Assembly: GCF_009914755.1 (NCBI RefSeq)
Contig: NC_060928.1
From: the human T2T-CHM13v2.0 reference genome, Homo sapiens
Strand: one strand, 5' to 3'
DNA length: 64,000 bases
The position numbers were made by a program, and so were the translations under genes. Of the stretch, positions 1 through 13,053 are shown piece after piece (within the stretch, counting starts at the first letter, position 1; every line of letters begins with the position of its first letter). The notes beneath the pieces are model-generated. The model made no database searches. It was not told the origin of the DNA and saw nothing but the letters and a program-made list of their open reading frames with translations.

Positions 1-127
1 TATATATGCACAGAGGAATTTTCTTCACCATGGCTTTGCTCTGACTGTATGAGAATCAACATCCAAGTGTAAGAGATCTGTTTATATAGTCAGACATATC
101 ACTTAAATCTGATTTAATTTGGGAAAA

Positions 128-217
128 CATATCTATTTATAGATAGATATCTATTTATATCTATTTATAGATATCTATTTATATCTATTTATAGATAGAT
201 TTCTATTTATAGATATC
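128..217. repeat. AT-rich degenerate tandem/palindromic repeat (ATATCTATTTATAG-type units)
   Basis: Repeated atatctatttat / agatag motifs visible directly. Confidence 0.85.
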
Positions 218-347
218 TGTTTTCTCTGGGTATGCTAGTTTCCTCCTACACCTTCAGAAATGGGCATGTTTGGTTAATTGCTGTGTCTAAATGGTCCAGT
301 CTGAGCAACTGTGAGTGTGTGTGTGAGTACACCCTGTGATGGGATTA
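218..347. mobile_element. MER6-like DNA transposon fragment (TcMar-Tigger)
   Basis: gttttctctgggtatgctagtttcctcctaca...ggttaattgctgtgtctaaatggtccagtctgag...gtgtgtgagtacaccctgtgatgg resembles the recalled MER6 internal segment. Confidence 0.6.
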
Positions 348-384
348 AATAATGTAGTTTAATGGTTAATGATAATAATACTAA

Positions 385-640
385 TTAATAATAATAATGA
401 CATTGGCTGACACAGAATGCTATGTTACAGGTGCTAATGAATTGTAACATTTTATGTTGTCAATAATCTTTCATAACAGGTTTTTGTTTTGAGTTTTGCA
501 TAGATCAGGTAACTAGAGCCCAAACAGGTTATCTTTCTTAAGGTCACACAGCTAATGAGAGAGAAGCTAGTATTAGAAGCCTGCTTTGCTTAACTTCAAA
601 TCCAAAGTCTTTATTATTTTCATTGCATTATGCTGCCTTC
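385..640 (-). mobile_element. MIR SINE
   Basis: aaggtcacacagctaatg and flanks match the reverse-complement MIR core. Confidence 0.65.
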
Positions 641-1467
641 TTGGCTAGGGCCTACCTAGGCACAATGGGGAGGAATATAGCATTTTTATTTCAAAGATAA
701 AGGTTAAGTTTTCAGTACAATAATTTTTTTCTTCATTTGTACATTCATATCTTTTAAATCTCCCTCCCTTCTACCACAGGTATCTAGTTCCTTCATGCTA
801 CCACAGGCCCTGCCACGTATAAAGTTATTAATTGGTTATTTTAAAGATGGAAACATTTATGACAATTTTATAAGAATATAGGGAATGGGCAAGGCTTATG
901 CAAATCAGTGAAGTGTAAGTTACAGAATTTTCATTATCGCTTTAGGTTTTAGGGGAACTGGATATTTGCATGAAACTGAAACACTCTAAATATTATCTCT
1001 TGACTAATTCCCTTCATGCAAGGATGACTGTGAGGGCGTGGGCTCACCTGGAAAGCTGAAGCTAAACTATCATTCCTCACCACACCCACACACCCACTAC
1101 CCCAATATCAGGCTGAAGATTTGCTGAATCTGATTTCAGTTCAAATCCCAGAAAGTCCTATGCTTGTAAGCATTTCTATAGAGTACAAAGCATTGGTTTT
1201 TATTGCAAGTGCTTCTAAAAAGGTGATGTGAGTCAGAAGAATAAAAGGATGGTTGCACTGTAAGAATTAAGTGTTCTGGATGCAGTGAGACCATTCTTTG
1301 CATAAATATGACATTTACAGCTTGTGTTTCCTATTAGGCCTTCGCATAGCTAGGCTTTCTCACAGCTTTGCTTTTTTTAAAAAGCAAAGTTGAGGCTACT
1401 TTGCTTTTTAAACATACTTTGTATTCTTAGATAACTGGTTCCAGAACATAATCTAGTCTTATGGACT

Positions 1468-1546
1468 ATGTGTGTGCGTGTGCATATGTGTTTGTGTGAT
1501 ACATGTGTTTGTATGTGTATATGCGTGTGTATATATACGTATATGT
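1468..1546. repeat. Degenerate (TG)n/(TA)n microsatellite
   Basis: Alternating purine-pyrimidine run. Confidence 0.85.
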
Positions 1547-1914
1547 CTCAGGGATAGGGCTTTTCCTCAGCCTGCCAGATATGTTACAATGTGTAAAGCT
1601 GACATGCTATTATTCAATGATGAAACAGTATGAATATTTTGTATGGGCTTTTACACCATTTAAGTAAAATATTTTGTGTCTTTCAAAAAATTTTGAATTT
1701 ATTTCAGAGTGAGAACTGGTAAAAAGTTGGAAATGGCCAACCATGTCTTTTACACTAGACAGTGCCTCTCATTAGCATGGCTCCCAAATAAGTCATTATC
1801 CAAGAAGTCCGTATTATTAAACAAAGTAGAAGTGTATGTCAACAATTGTCAAGAGTTTGAGATTTTATTCTACTGGCAACCTGACAAGTTATCATGCCAC
1901 AGTTTTATTGATGC

Positions 1915-2545
1915 CCTAAGTTGTCTCGGGTTGCTATAACAAAATATCATAAACCAGGTGGCTTAAACAACAGAAATTTATCACAGTTCTAAAGGCCGGG
2001 AAGTCCAAGATCACAGTACCAGTAGATTCAGTTCCTAGTGAGGGCCCACTTCTTGGTTTGCAGTTTGATGTCTCCTTGCTGTACCTTCACATGGTAGGGA
2101 GAGAAGGAGCTCTGGTCTCTTTGTCCCCTTATATGGAAACTGTCTTAGTCTGTTTTCAGCTGCTATAACAGAATACCACAGATCGGGTAATTTATAATAA
2201 ACAGAAATTTATTGGCTCATGGTTCTGGAGTCTGGGAAGTCCAAGGTTGAGGGATCAGCAACTGGATAGGGGCTTCTTGCTGTGTCATCACATGGCAGAA
2301 GGGTAAACAGAGGGCAAGAGAGTAAGAGATTGAACTCATAGCTTCAAGCCCTTTTATAATCAACATTAATTCATTAATGACGATGGATCTCTTATGACCT
2401 AAACACCTCCCATTAGGCCCCACCTACCAATACTGTTGCATTGGAGATGAACTTTCAAACACATGCTTTTTGGAGGACACATTCAAACTGTAAAAGGTGA
2501 CTATCCTATCATGGTCGGGGGCACAAACATTCAGCCTACAGTATG
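1915..2545 (-). mobile_element. MLT1A-type MaLR LTR interrupted by an MST LTR
   Basis: gttgctataacaaaatatcataaaccaggtggcttaaacaacagaaattt at the left; ggggcacaaacattcagcctacag resumes at about 2517-2542. Confidence 0.7.
2141..2493 (-). mobile_element. MSTC-like MaLR solo LTR nested in MLT1A
   Basis: tgtcttagtctgtttt...gagattgaactcatagcttcaagcccttttataatc...acacatgctttttggaggacacattcaaac. Confidence 0.8.
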
Positions 2546-2663
2546 TTGGTAGCATACACAAGTCTCTTGGTATGCTTGTGTATGCTACCACATACACATA
2601 TGTGGTATACACAGATCATAGTTTCATACTCAGTTTATTATACAGTTTATCACAGCCAATACC

Positions 2664-2984
2664 TGTGACAGATAATTGGCATGTATGCCATTGCCTGAGT
2701 CTCAGTTCCTGCAAGGTAATATGAAATGAGCCAGATGACACATCCACACACATAGGGGATTGAGTTATGGAAGAGGAATGCTGAATTTAGGGACCAGGAA
2801 TATTTTATAATGGGCAGTAAGCAAACACACCCTCTACTTTTGAGAAAAGCTTTATCTCTATTTTCCAAGGCTGCTCACTATACAAAGATTCTTGAAAATA
2901 TAGTCTTTATCAAAAAGGAATAAGTGCCTATGCTTTTAAGACATACAGAAATGTAAGAGACTGATGGGGAATTATCCCTCAATA
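2664..2984 (-). mobile_element. LTR40-like ERVL LTR fragment
   Basis: tatctctattttccaaggctgctcactatacaaagattcttgaaaatatagtc...gggaattatccctcaata resembles the recalled LTR40 end. Confidence 0.55.
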
Positions 2985-3419
2985 ATTCATTTTCCTATTT
3001 TCCATTTCTCAGTGTTTATTTTTTCCCTTTCCACACTATCTCTCTGCACTTATGACCAAAAGCAACAAAGAATAAAATGTTCATTCTGTTATTTTAAGTC
3101 TTAATGATAAATTTGGGCCAGCTTTACAGCTGACATGATAATTTGTACAGGAATTGGCCATTAAGGCTGTCAAAAATAATAATCATGCAAAAAACAATCT
3201 TCTGGAAGAAGTTCTCCCTTAGAACCAAGGTTTGAGGATCAAAGAGCACAACCTGACTTGGTTAAAGCCTGACAAAGATAGTCAGGAACTAGAGAACTTA
3301 GGGCTCAATTTCAGGAGAACAGATTCAGAGTCAAGAGAGGTAGCTGAGCATCTGTAACTGTGGCAGCTGTAACTCTAAAGTAAAGAATTGGATTATACAA
3401 GAAACTGCTTAAGGACTGG

Positions 3420-3890
3420 CATCCTGGATATTTTCTGCTTGGCATTTCCCTGAGGTCCATTTTTCATCCTTTTGGCCTCTCTATCTGCACTGATAAGTCT
3501 ATCGCTATGAACTTCATTTCCCAAGAATTTCTTGCCAGCTGACTTCCACTGGGAGGCACCAGTAGTGATTGAATGTGGGGAAGAGAGAAAGGTAGGGAAT
3601 TTCTTTCCCATGCTTTATTTGGGCCATGTTTCTGGAAGTGACCCCACTTCTTCATAAGAGCAGCTCTAGTTCCTATTAGACAGCTCCTCCCCTACAGCTT
3701 CAGTTGTCATTAGATTCCAGGGTTTCAAGACTAGAGTGGTAATGGCTTCCAACTGTTGCTTGTGTTCAGGGGCCTCAAAACCCCTTACCCTCCTAGCCCT
3801 ACCTACACCTCTATATGTTCCTTGAATCTTTCAAGTCTTTTGAATCTTCTGGGTTGTATTCTGTCTCCTGCTGGGATTCTGACTGATATA
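3420..3890 (+). mobile_element. LTR33-like ERVL solo LTR
   Basis: Starts ctggatattttctgcttg, contains gggaggcaccagtag and ggtaatggcttcc, ends ctgactgatata. Confidence 0.65.
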
Positions 3891-3969
3891 GCTAGGGAAA
3901 AAAGACAGAACCCTAGTCTCAAAGGATCTAAGGTAATAAATGGTTACAGAGTGATTAATATGTGTTATT

Positions 3970-4120
3970 TTAAACCTTATAGCAACCTGATGAGGTAGAA
4001 ACTATTACTAGCTCCATTAGACAAGTGAGAAAAGTGGGACACAGAAATCTAGCAATTAGGGGAGCAAGAATTAAATTCCAAACATTTGGACTTTAGAGCC
4101 TTCGCCTTTATCACTACACT
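3970..4120 (-). mobile_element. MIR fragment
   Basis: caacctgatgaggtagaaactattactagctccattagacaagtgagaaaagtg. Confidence 0.55.
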
Positions 4121-4719
4121 GTAAGACGTATCTCTAAGATTATATTCTAATAAATACTCCCTTGTAAGACAGAGGCTTAGTCCTTGCAATCAGAGGAGGA
4201 GGCAGGCATCCTTTCGGGAAGAATAAGGAAAGAAAAAAATTATAATTTCTGGTGTTCAGGATGAGTTTTTTGACTTAAGACTGGTCCTGCAAGTAGGCCT
4301 AGATGGAATCAGTTTTGAGGTTAAGACTTCCTAGCTATGGGAATTAAGAAATATGTGGGCAAGGAGTCAGGTGGTCATTACTGTGTCTAGGTTTTAAGCT
4401 ATAAAGTTGTATTTTTTTAAATATGTTTATCCAAGAATGCAAAAATTAACCATTGAATGCTGAGAGTATTTAGTACTATTTAAAACTACTTTGAGTGTCA
4501 ACATATTTTGACAGTGCGTTGTACATTAGTAAAATGAACTGAATTGAGTCAAACAGAATGAGCAAAATAAATAGCGTGTACAGTTGGGAGGTTATCTGAC
4601 TTTCAGATATCTGGCATTATTAACTTTCTAAAACAACAATGAACACAAAAATAAGAAAAAGGCTAATATTTCAAAATATTTAACATGGCCCATAATATAT
4701 TTAATATCATGTAGTGATT

Positions 4720-5798
4720 AAACAGAAAACATTGTTCAATTCCCACCTATGAGTGAGAATATGCGGTGTTTGGTTTTTTGTTCTTGCGATAGTTTACTGA
4801 GAATGATGGTTTCCAATTTCATCCATGTCCCTACAAAGGACATGAACTCATCATTTTTTATGGCTGCATAGTATTCCATGGTGTATATGTGCCACATTTT
4901 CTTAATCCAGTCTATCATTGTTGGATCACATGGACACAGGAAGGGGAATATCACACTCTGGGGACTGTGGTGGGGTCGGGGGAGGGGGGAGGGATAGCAT
5001 TGGGAGATATACCTAATGCTAGATGACACGTTAGTGGGTGCAGCGCACCAGCATGGCACATGTATGCATATGTAACTAACCTGCACAATGTGCACATGTA
5101 CCCTAAAACTTAGAGTATAATGAAAAAAAAAAATTAAAAAAAAAAGAAAGAAAATTAAAAAGTAAAAAAAAAAAAAAAAGAAATAAATCTTCCTTTGCTA
5201 TTTCTACATAGAAAGATAAAAATCATGCAATTTCCTATGATTTTTCATCTCTCATTGGAATTAGATATCTAAATGGCCAGTTTGCTGATCTGTTGATAAT
5301 TTTACATACTAGAAGTCAGGTTTCAAGATATAGTTTTTCGAGTCAGATTAGGTTAGATGTTTTTAAGATGATGTCTTTGTCAACTTTTCCAAAATTTGGA
5401 TACATAAAATGCAAAAGGAATATGAGAGACTATTCTTAAATTATAAAAGAATGTTCGGTTACCTGCAGCAGTTTCTATGAGATTGTTTTTGTCCCAGAGC
5501 AGCCAGGAGAGAAGACAGCAATTGTGTGGTAAAATAAGACATAATTGGAATTGAGAGTCCAGATTGCTAAATTAGACTTTTTTTTTAGCTTTGTCACTAA
5601 TTTGTAATTTGACGTCTTTGACGTCATTCTATCTTCCTTGGTTTCATTCCTTGTTCTCTAAATAAAATATTAGGTTTACATAGAACACGAAGCATCCTTA
5701 GAAATTTTTATATGTTCAGCTACCACTTTTAATTTAAATAAAATGTTAGCTGTTCAAAAAGCAAAAAAAAAAAAAAAAAAAAAAAAACAGAAAACATT
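4720..5798 (+). mobile_element. L1HS pre-Ta insertion: 5'-truncated, 5'-inverted, with 3' transduction
   Basis: TSD aaacagaaaacatt at 4720-4733 and 5785-5798; inverted ORF2-end segment 4730-4925; sense 3'UTR 4924-5121 with diagnostic ACG (5028-5030) and G (5113); A-rich tail 5123-5183; unique sequence to 5762; second polyA 5763-5787. Confidence 0.93.
4736..4925 (-). pseudogene. L1 ORF2p C-terminal fragment (WIKKMWHIYTMEYYAAIKNDEFMSFVGTWMKLETIILSKLSQEQKTKHRIFSLIGGN)
   Basis: C-terminal half of ORF 4736..5095 matches the L1HS ORF2p C-terminus; non-functional fragment. Confidence 0.9.
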
Positions 5799-6649
5799 AT
5801 CTCACTGGCTTATAATTACAATAGAAGTCAGTTCTCATTGACACCAATGCCTCGAAGCCCTGGAAAAATAATAGGGTAAACAGTGAAAAGGTTGAGGAAA
5901 GAATATTTTGAAATATCTGCAGGCTAGTTCATTTCAGAAAGACAACTGGATAGTCTCATTGCAAATGCGATGTGGCCAGAAGAGAGAAGAAAGTAATGAA
6001 ATAGTTGTGAGAGATTGTGATAAGAAGTGACAGCCAGTAACAGAAATCCTCACTAGGGAGGAGGTGGAAGAAATACCAATGAGCTGAATCCAGCAGCCAG
6101 AGATCATCACTATTTTGGCAGGATTACCTCAGCCTCCCCTGACACTTCCCAGGGTCCTATTTAAGATGTTCCAACCAGCCCAGGATAGGAGCCTGTGGTT
6201 ACTGGCAGCCATGACTCCCATCAAATCCTTCTACATTACCTCCTTTAGGAGGATGCAGCATTAGTCTACTAAAATCCCACCTTGATTCTGCCCTTATAGT
6301 CCTAGAAGCTGCTCTGGGGGAAAAATAAAATTTAGAAAATTCTGCTCACCATTTCCTTCTCTTATAGAGTCTCAGTGAATATTTATACCCCCCAAAGTAT
6401 GAGATTCAAAAGTAAAAACACATTTAATTTTGCTTAACCTAGTCTGTGAAGCTAATTTAACATTGAAGTTTTTTTATTTCGATCTCAAGAACAGTCTTTT
6501 GAAAATGCTGTCTCTGCAGAGCACAGACAGGCATATCATGTAGTCACTTGTATTAATCAGAGTTGAGTGATATAAGGAGAGTTTAATAAAGGTGCTACTT
6601 GTGAAAGGGTGGGCTAAACTTTGGTAAAAGAACAAGGGAGAGTGAGGTA

Positions 6650-9047
6650 GAGTCAGACCTCATTTTATTGTGCTTTATTTTATAGCACTTTGTAGATACT
6701 GCAGTTTTTACAAATTAAAACTTGTGGCAACCTTGCATTGAACAAGTAAGTCTATTGGTGTCAAAATTCCAACAGCATATTCTCACTTTGTGTCTCTGTA
6801 ACTCTCATAGTATTTCAAACTTTTTCATTATTATTATATCTGTTATGGTGATTTGTGATCAGTGATCTTTGATTTTACCATTGTAATTTGGGGAGGGAAG
6901 CCACAAACCACCTCCACAGAAGACAGCAAACTTAATCGCTAAATGTTGTTTGTGTACTGACTGCTCCGCTGACTCATTCAACAGTCTCTCTCCTTCTCCT
7001 CAGGCCTTCCTATTCCCTCAGACACAACAATATTGAAATTAGACCAACTAATAATCCTAAAATATTCTCTAAGTGTTCAAGTAGAAGGAAAATTTGCATA
7101 CCTCTCATATGAAATCAAAAGGTAGAAATGACTAAGCTTAGTGAGAAAGGCAAGTCAAAAGCCAAGATAAGCCAAAAGCTATGCCTCTTGCATCAAACAG
7201 CCAATTTGGGAACCCAAAGAAAATGTTCTTGAAGGAAATTGAAAGTGTAACTCCAGTGAACCCATGAATGATGACAAATTGAAACAGGCTTATTGCTGAT
7301 ACGAATATAGTTTTAGTGATTTAAATGAAAGATCAAACCAGCCACAACATCCTCTTAAACCAAAGCCCAATCCAAGGCAAGGCCCTCTCTACAATTCTAT
7401 GAAGGCTGAGATCGGTGAGGAAGCTGCAGAAAAAAGTTGGACGATAGCAGAGATTGATTTATGGGGTTTAAGGAGAGAAGTTGTCTCCATAACATAAAAG
7501 TGCAAGGTGAAGCATAAAATGCTGTTGTAGAAGCTAAAACAAGTTATCCAGATCCAGCTAAGATCATGGATGAAGGTGGTTATATAAACAACAGATCTTC
7601 AGTGTAAAAGAAACAGCTTTCTGTCAAAAGAATTTGCCATCTAGGACTTTCATAGCTAGAAAGGAGAAGTCAGCACTTTGCTGACTTTGAAGCTTCAAAG
7701 AACAGGCTGACTCCCTTACTAGGGAATAATGCAGCTGGTGACTTTAATTTGAAGCCATTGCTCATTTACCATTCCCAAATTCCCAGGGCCACTAAGAATT
7801 TTACTAAATCTAATCTGTTTGTTCTATCTCTATATAAAACAACCAAGTTGGAATGACAGCACATCTGTTTGCAGCATGGCTTACTAAATATTGTAAGCCC
7901 ACTGTTGCGACCTTCTGCTCAAAAATAAAAAGAATTTCTTTCAAAATATTACTGCTCATTGAAAATGCACCTGGTCACCTAAAAGCTCTAATGGAGATGT
8001 ACAAGAAGATAGATGTTGTTTTCCTGCCTGCTAACACAGCATTCATCCCGCAGCCCATGAATCAAGAAGTAATTTTGACTTTCAAGTCTTATTATGTAAG
8101 AAATATATTTCTATAGATTATAGCTGCCATAGATGTGGTTCCTCTGATAGATCTGGCCAAAAAAATCGAACACCTTTTGGAAAGGATTCACCATCCTAGA
8201 TGCCATTTAAACAATTGCAATTCATGGGAGGGGGTCAAAATATCAATATTAACAGGAGATTGGAAGAAGTTTATTCTGACCCTCATGGATGACTTTGAAG
8301 GGCTCAAGACATCAGGGGAGGAAATATCTGCAGATGTGATACAAACAAGAAAAGGGCCAGAATTAGAATTGGAGACTGAAGATGTGACAGAATTATTGCA
8401 ATCTTGTCATAAAACTTGAACAGATGAAGGGTTGCTTCTTATGGATGAGCAAAGAAAGTGGTTTCTTGGGATGAAATCTGCTCCTGGTGAAGATGCTGGG
8501 AACATAGTTTAAGTGACAACAAAATATTTAGAATATTACATAAACTTAGTTGATAAGACAGAGGCAAGGTTTAAGAGAGTTGACTTTAATTTTGAAAGAA
8601 GTTCTACTGTGGTTAAAATGCTATCAAACAGCATTGCATGATACAGAGAAATATTTTTGTAGAAGGAAGAGTCAATTAACATGGCAAATGTCATTGTTGT
8701 TTTATACTTAAAAATTTCCAGAGCCACCCCTGCCTTCAGCAGCCACCATCCTGATCAATGAGCAGCCATCAACATTGAGACAAGATTTCACCAGCAAAAA
8801 GATTACAGCTCACTGATGACTCAGATGATCTTTAGTATTTTTTGGCAATAAAATATTTTAAATTAAGGTATGTACATTGCTTTTTTAGACATAATGCTAT
8901 TGCACCCTTCATAGACCACAGTACCATGTAAATATAAGTTTTATATGCACTAGGAAACCAAAAATTTTATGCGATTTGCTTAATTGCAATATTCACTTAA
9001 TTGAAGTGATCTGAAATGGAACCTGCAATATCTCTGAGGTATGCTTA
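6650..9047 (+). mobile_element. Full-length (~2.4 kb) Tigger1 DNA transposon
   Basis: Degenerate TIRs gagtcagacctcattttattg and caatatctctgaggtatgctta, TA on both sides (6648-6649, 9048-9049), internal pogo-like transposase remnants. Confidence 0.92.
7075..8700 (+). pseudogene. Decayed Tigger1 transposase (CENP-B/pogo-type, DDE_1 domain)
   Basis: ORF fragments 7853..8116 ([12 protein letters not shown]...[25 protein letters not shown]) and 8135..8419; multiple stops and frameshifts. Confidence 0.85.
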
Positions 9048-9456
9048 TACCTGAGCAGTAATATCAGAATCGTTACTTCTGCCAGGGTACTACAACTGCA
9101 GTAAGAGAGGTGTATAAAGACAGCTGGCTTCTGAAAAATGCAGCTTACCTGAGGTGACACAGTAGGAAGGAGAGAAGGACATAAGTGCATGATCTTTCTC
9201 TCCTCCCTCCTTTTGATCCTGCTGTTGCCTCCACTCTATTCCAGTGGCTGCCTTGCTGGAGAGCAGAGGAGACAAGGTAACTCCCAACACAATCTCTGTA
9301 GGGCAGTGTCCCAGGGTGGTAAAGGATGGAGAGCGGCTGTGAGGGGCAGAGAAGATATTCAACACAACATCCTATATTTTCAAGTCAAAACTTCCTATGT
9401 CAAAAGCAAACAATCTGTGGAAGTAGTGTTATATTTTAAAAGATGATTACAGAGAT

Positions 9457-10102
<646 letters not shown>

Positions 10103-10509
10103 GAAATCTTCCCTGGACTCAAGGAACAGAGACATCTTGATGAATCAGTGTAATGTTATTCATGCTTGCTGTGTTATACAACTCAGAAAGGACAGTTCCT
10201 GGCAGACCTTGAATCAAATAGAGCTGTTGACTAGCTTTGTTCATCCATGAAGCGAAATGAGAGTCATGCTGTGTTGCATATGAGATCAGAAAATGTTGCT
10301 ATCCTTGGCTAACTGCTTGCTGAAAAGTATGCAAAAGTCACTTGACTGAACTTTCAGAGCAAATCACGGCACTAGAAGATAAAAATACAATGAGCGTACT
10401 TGATGCTATAGGCAAATATTTTGATAAAAACAATTAATTGATCTATTGAGATACATAATGCATAATTACAGTTTATCTTTCGAGTTGTAAAGCACATGTT
10501 TCGTCATTT

Positions 10510-10930
10510 CAGGGAGGCAGTGACTTAGAGTAGTTAAATACAAGAATTTAGAGTCAGACTTGTGTCACTCCTAGCTCTCCTACTTACATGGCAGCACCCA
10601 CCTGGTAAGCTCATCAATTTCTGCAAGCAGTGGTTCCTTCACCTTTAAAGTGGGCATTGTCACTTTGTTTAAATTACAATCTGATGATAATAGGAGCTAA
10701 TGTTTTCCAAGCTCTTATTTTATGCTAGACACTGTGCTAAGGACTTTGTGTGCATTTTACCAATAATCTTCACAATAAACCTAGCAAAGTTGCAGTTATT
10801 CTTCTAATTTTCAAATGTAGATAATGAGTCACATGCCCAGGTCTCACTGTTAAAATGTGTAAGCCCTTGATGTGTTGCCTGGTAATGATAAGAGCTCAGA
10901 TAAATATTAGCTACTGAAATTGTTTATTAC
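10510..10930. mobile_element. MIR fragments in both orientations
   Basis: gaggcagtgacttagagtagttaa...(+); gctaatgttttccaagctcttattttatgctagacactgtgctaagg (-). Confidence 0.55.
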
Positions 10931-11614
10931 TATCATTGTTAATATTACTTGTCAGCCTCTACCCTAGAAATCAGAAGTAGACAAAATGCCTTTGTAATTA
11001 AGCAAATGTGGTTAGCTTGATCTCGTACATGTGAGAATATTATAGGCCCCCATTAAAATAAAATGTAATGGTAATTATTCTTTTTAAAATGTAATTGTTC
11101 TAAAATTTGCTACTTGGGAGATGTCATATATTTAGTTATTTATGGTAATTTAATACATAAAGGGACAAGTTATCTATGTTTTTCTGATTTGTTCCCTAAA
11201 TTTTATATCCTTAAAAGGAATATTTCAGTACTCACCTAGATTCCAGAGAAAAATAAACACTGTCCAAGCATTGATCTTGAAGATACAGGTTTTAAGAGTC
11301 TGAGAAAACACTGAAGATCATTTATTCATTTACTTAGCCATGCAGTTATTAAGCTACTGGTATGTTCTAGGTAGATCAGAGATTATGAAAACATATTACT
11401 AAAGACTGGTCATTGGTCTGTTATATAGAAACTGTATGTTAAGACCTACTGTGCTGCTGGATTCTTTGTAGGTAAGCCCCTTAATAAAAGAGAGAACACA
11501 CTGTTTATTCTAGAAGTTTCAGAATAGGTAAAAGTAAACTATGATGAAAAGCATGAAGAAATCTTCTGCAGTGGTTAAAATGTTCTGTATCTAGATAGAG
11601 GTGTGCATAACACG

Positions 11615-11790
11615 CAGGACCTGCTACATAATTGGTAGGCCCATGCAAAATGAAAACATGGGACTGCTTGTTCAAAAGTTACTAAGAATTTCAAAGTGGC
11701 AATAGCAAAGCATTAAACCAAGAACAAGGTCCTGCTACGCATGGGTCCCTTTGCAACTGCACAGGTCTTACATCCTTGAAGCCCGGCCTG
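11615..11790 (-). mobile_element. MER45A (hAT-Tip100 MITE) inside an old L1M 3' fragment (about 11540-11870)
   Basis: caggacctgctacataatt...gcaaaatgaaaa...agcattaaaccaag...tgaagcccggcctg is the reverse complement of MER45A. Confidence 0.8.
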
Positions 11791-12099
11791 GTCACGTGGT
11801 GGCATTCGTTAAGTCAGTGAACTAAATCCTTCAGATCCATATGTAAATTATATCTCAGTTTTAAAAAGTTAAAATAGAGTACAATGAAATATAAAATTGA
11901 GTGGACAATTGGGGATTGAGGTCTAGTTCTCAAGTAAACCGTTGGTGCAAATTATTTATTCTTTATCAAACATTAATTGAATGACCCCCTCAGACAGGGA
12001 TATGTGTCTGAGGTATATATGTATGTTTATGGTCTAAGCATAGCTGTTAAACTCAAGAAGCTTACAGTTGGAGGAGGTTTCTCTTTAAGCCCTGGTTTA

Positions 12100-12450
<351 letters not shown>

Positions 12451-12972
12451 TTATATACCTGGTCTGTGCTTTGATCTACTCCTCTTTCTAGTTTGCTACT
12501 CCTCAGTCAGACCTCAGCCATCCTGATATTACCTTGTTCCTCCTCCAAAGCAGCAATTGCTTGGTCAGTGTTTGTGGGTTTCCAGCAAGTGGCTGCAGTC
12601 CCATATCCAAGAGATTGGTGTCCTTGTTTTACTCAGTCTCATCTGGCCAGGAGTCTGCTGTTTCCTGCTGTCACCTGGAACCTCATCTCCCTGCTCAAAT
12701 TTGAAAATCATGTAATACTTCTAATACCACATTAAAACTTAGGTTGTATTTTAGATAATATATTTTTTGCCCAGAATTCTGTTAAAAGTCAAATATTAAG
12801 GATGACCTGGGAAAACCCAGCCTGTCTATGTTTGGAAGGTATATCTTCTAGTAATGTCATTTGATGAAGAGGAATCACAACACATAGGCTTTATGACAAT
12901 ATCCACCATCATAAATGAGATGTGGCTGAAATATGGGTGATAACATCTTCATTTAATTAACACTGGAAGCCA

Positions 12973-13053
12973 AGATTTCACCACTATACAATAAATCCAT
13001 GTAACCAAAAACCACTTGTACCCCTAAAGCTAGTGAAATAGTAATAATAATAA
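12973..13053 (+). mobile_element. Short L1 (L1PB/L1MA-type) 3' end
   Basis: gatttcaccactataca...catgtaaccaaaaaccacttgtacccctaaagc. Confidence 0.7.

Larger units (their letters stand above)
6549..9365 (-). mobile_element. LTR33-like LTR split by the Tigger1 insertion (pieces about 6549-6649 and 9050-9365)
   Basis: gagagtttaataaagg on the left; ctcctccctcc...gaggggcagagaagatattcaacaca on the right. Confidence 0.6.

Noticed and set aside
4736-5095. 119-aa ORF fusing antisense L1 3'UTR to the ORF2p C-terminus
   Set aside because: Accidental product of the inversion; no promoter or expression evidence
7853-8419. Transposase-like ORFs as a TIGD-type gene
   Set aside because: Fragmented reading frames inside a decayed Tigger1
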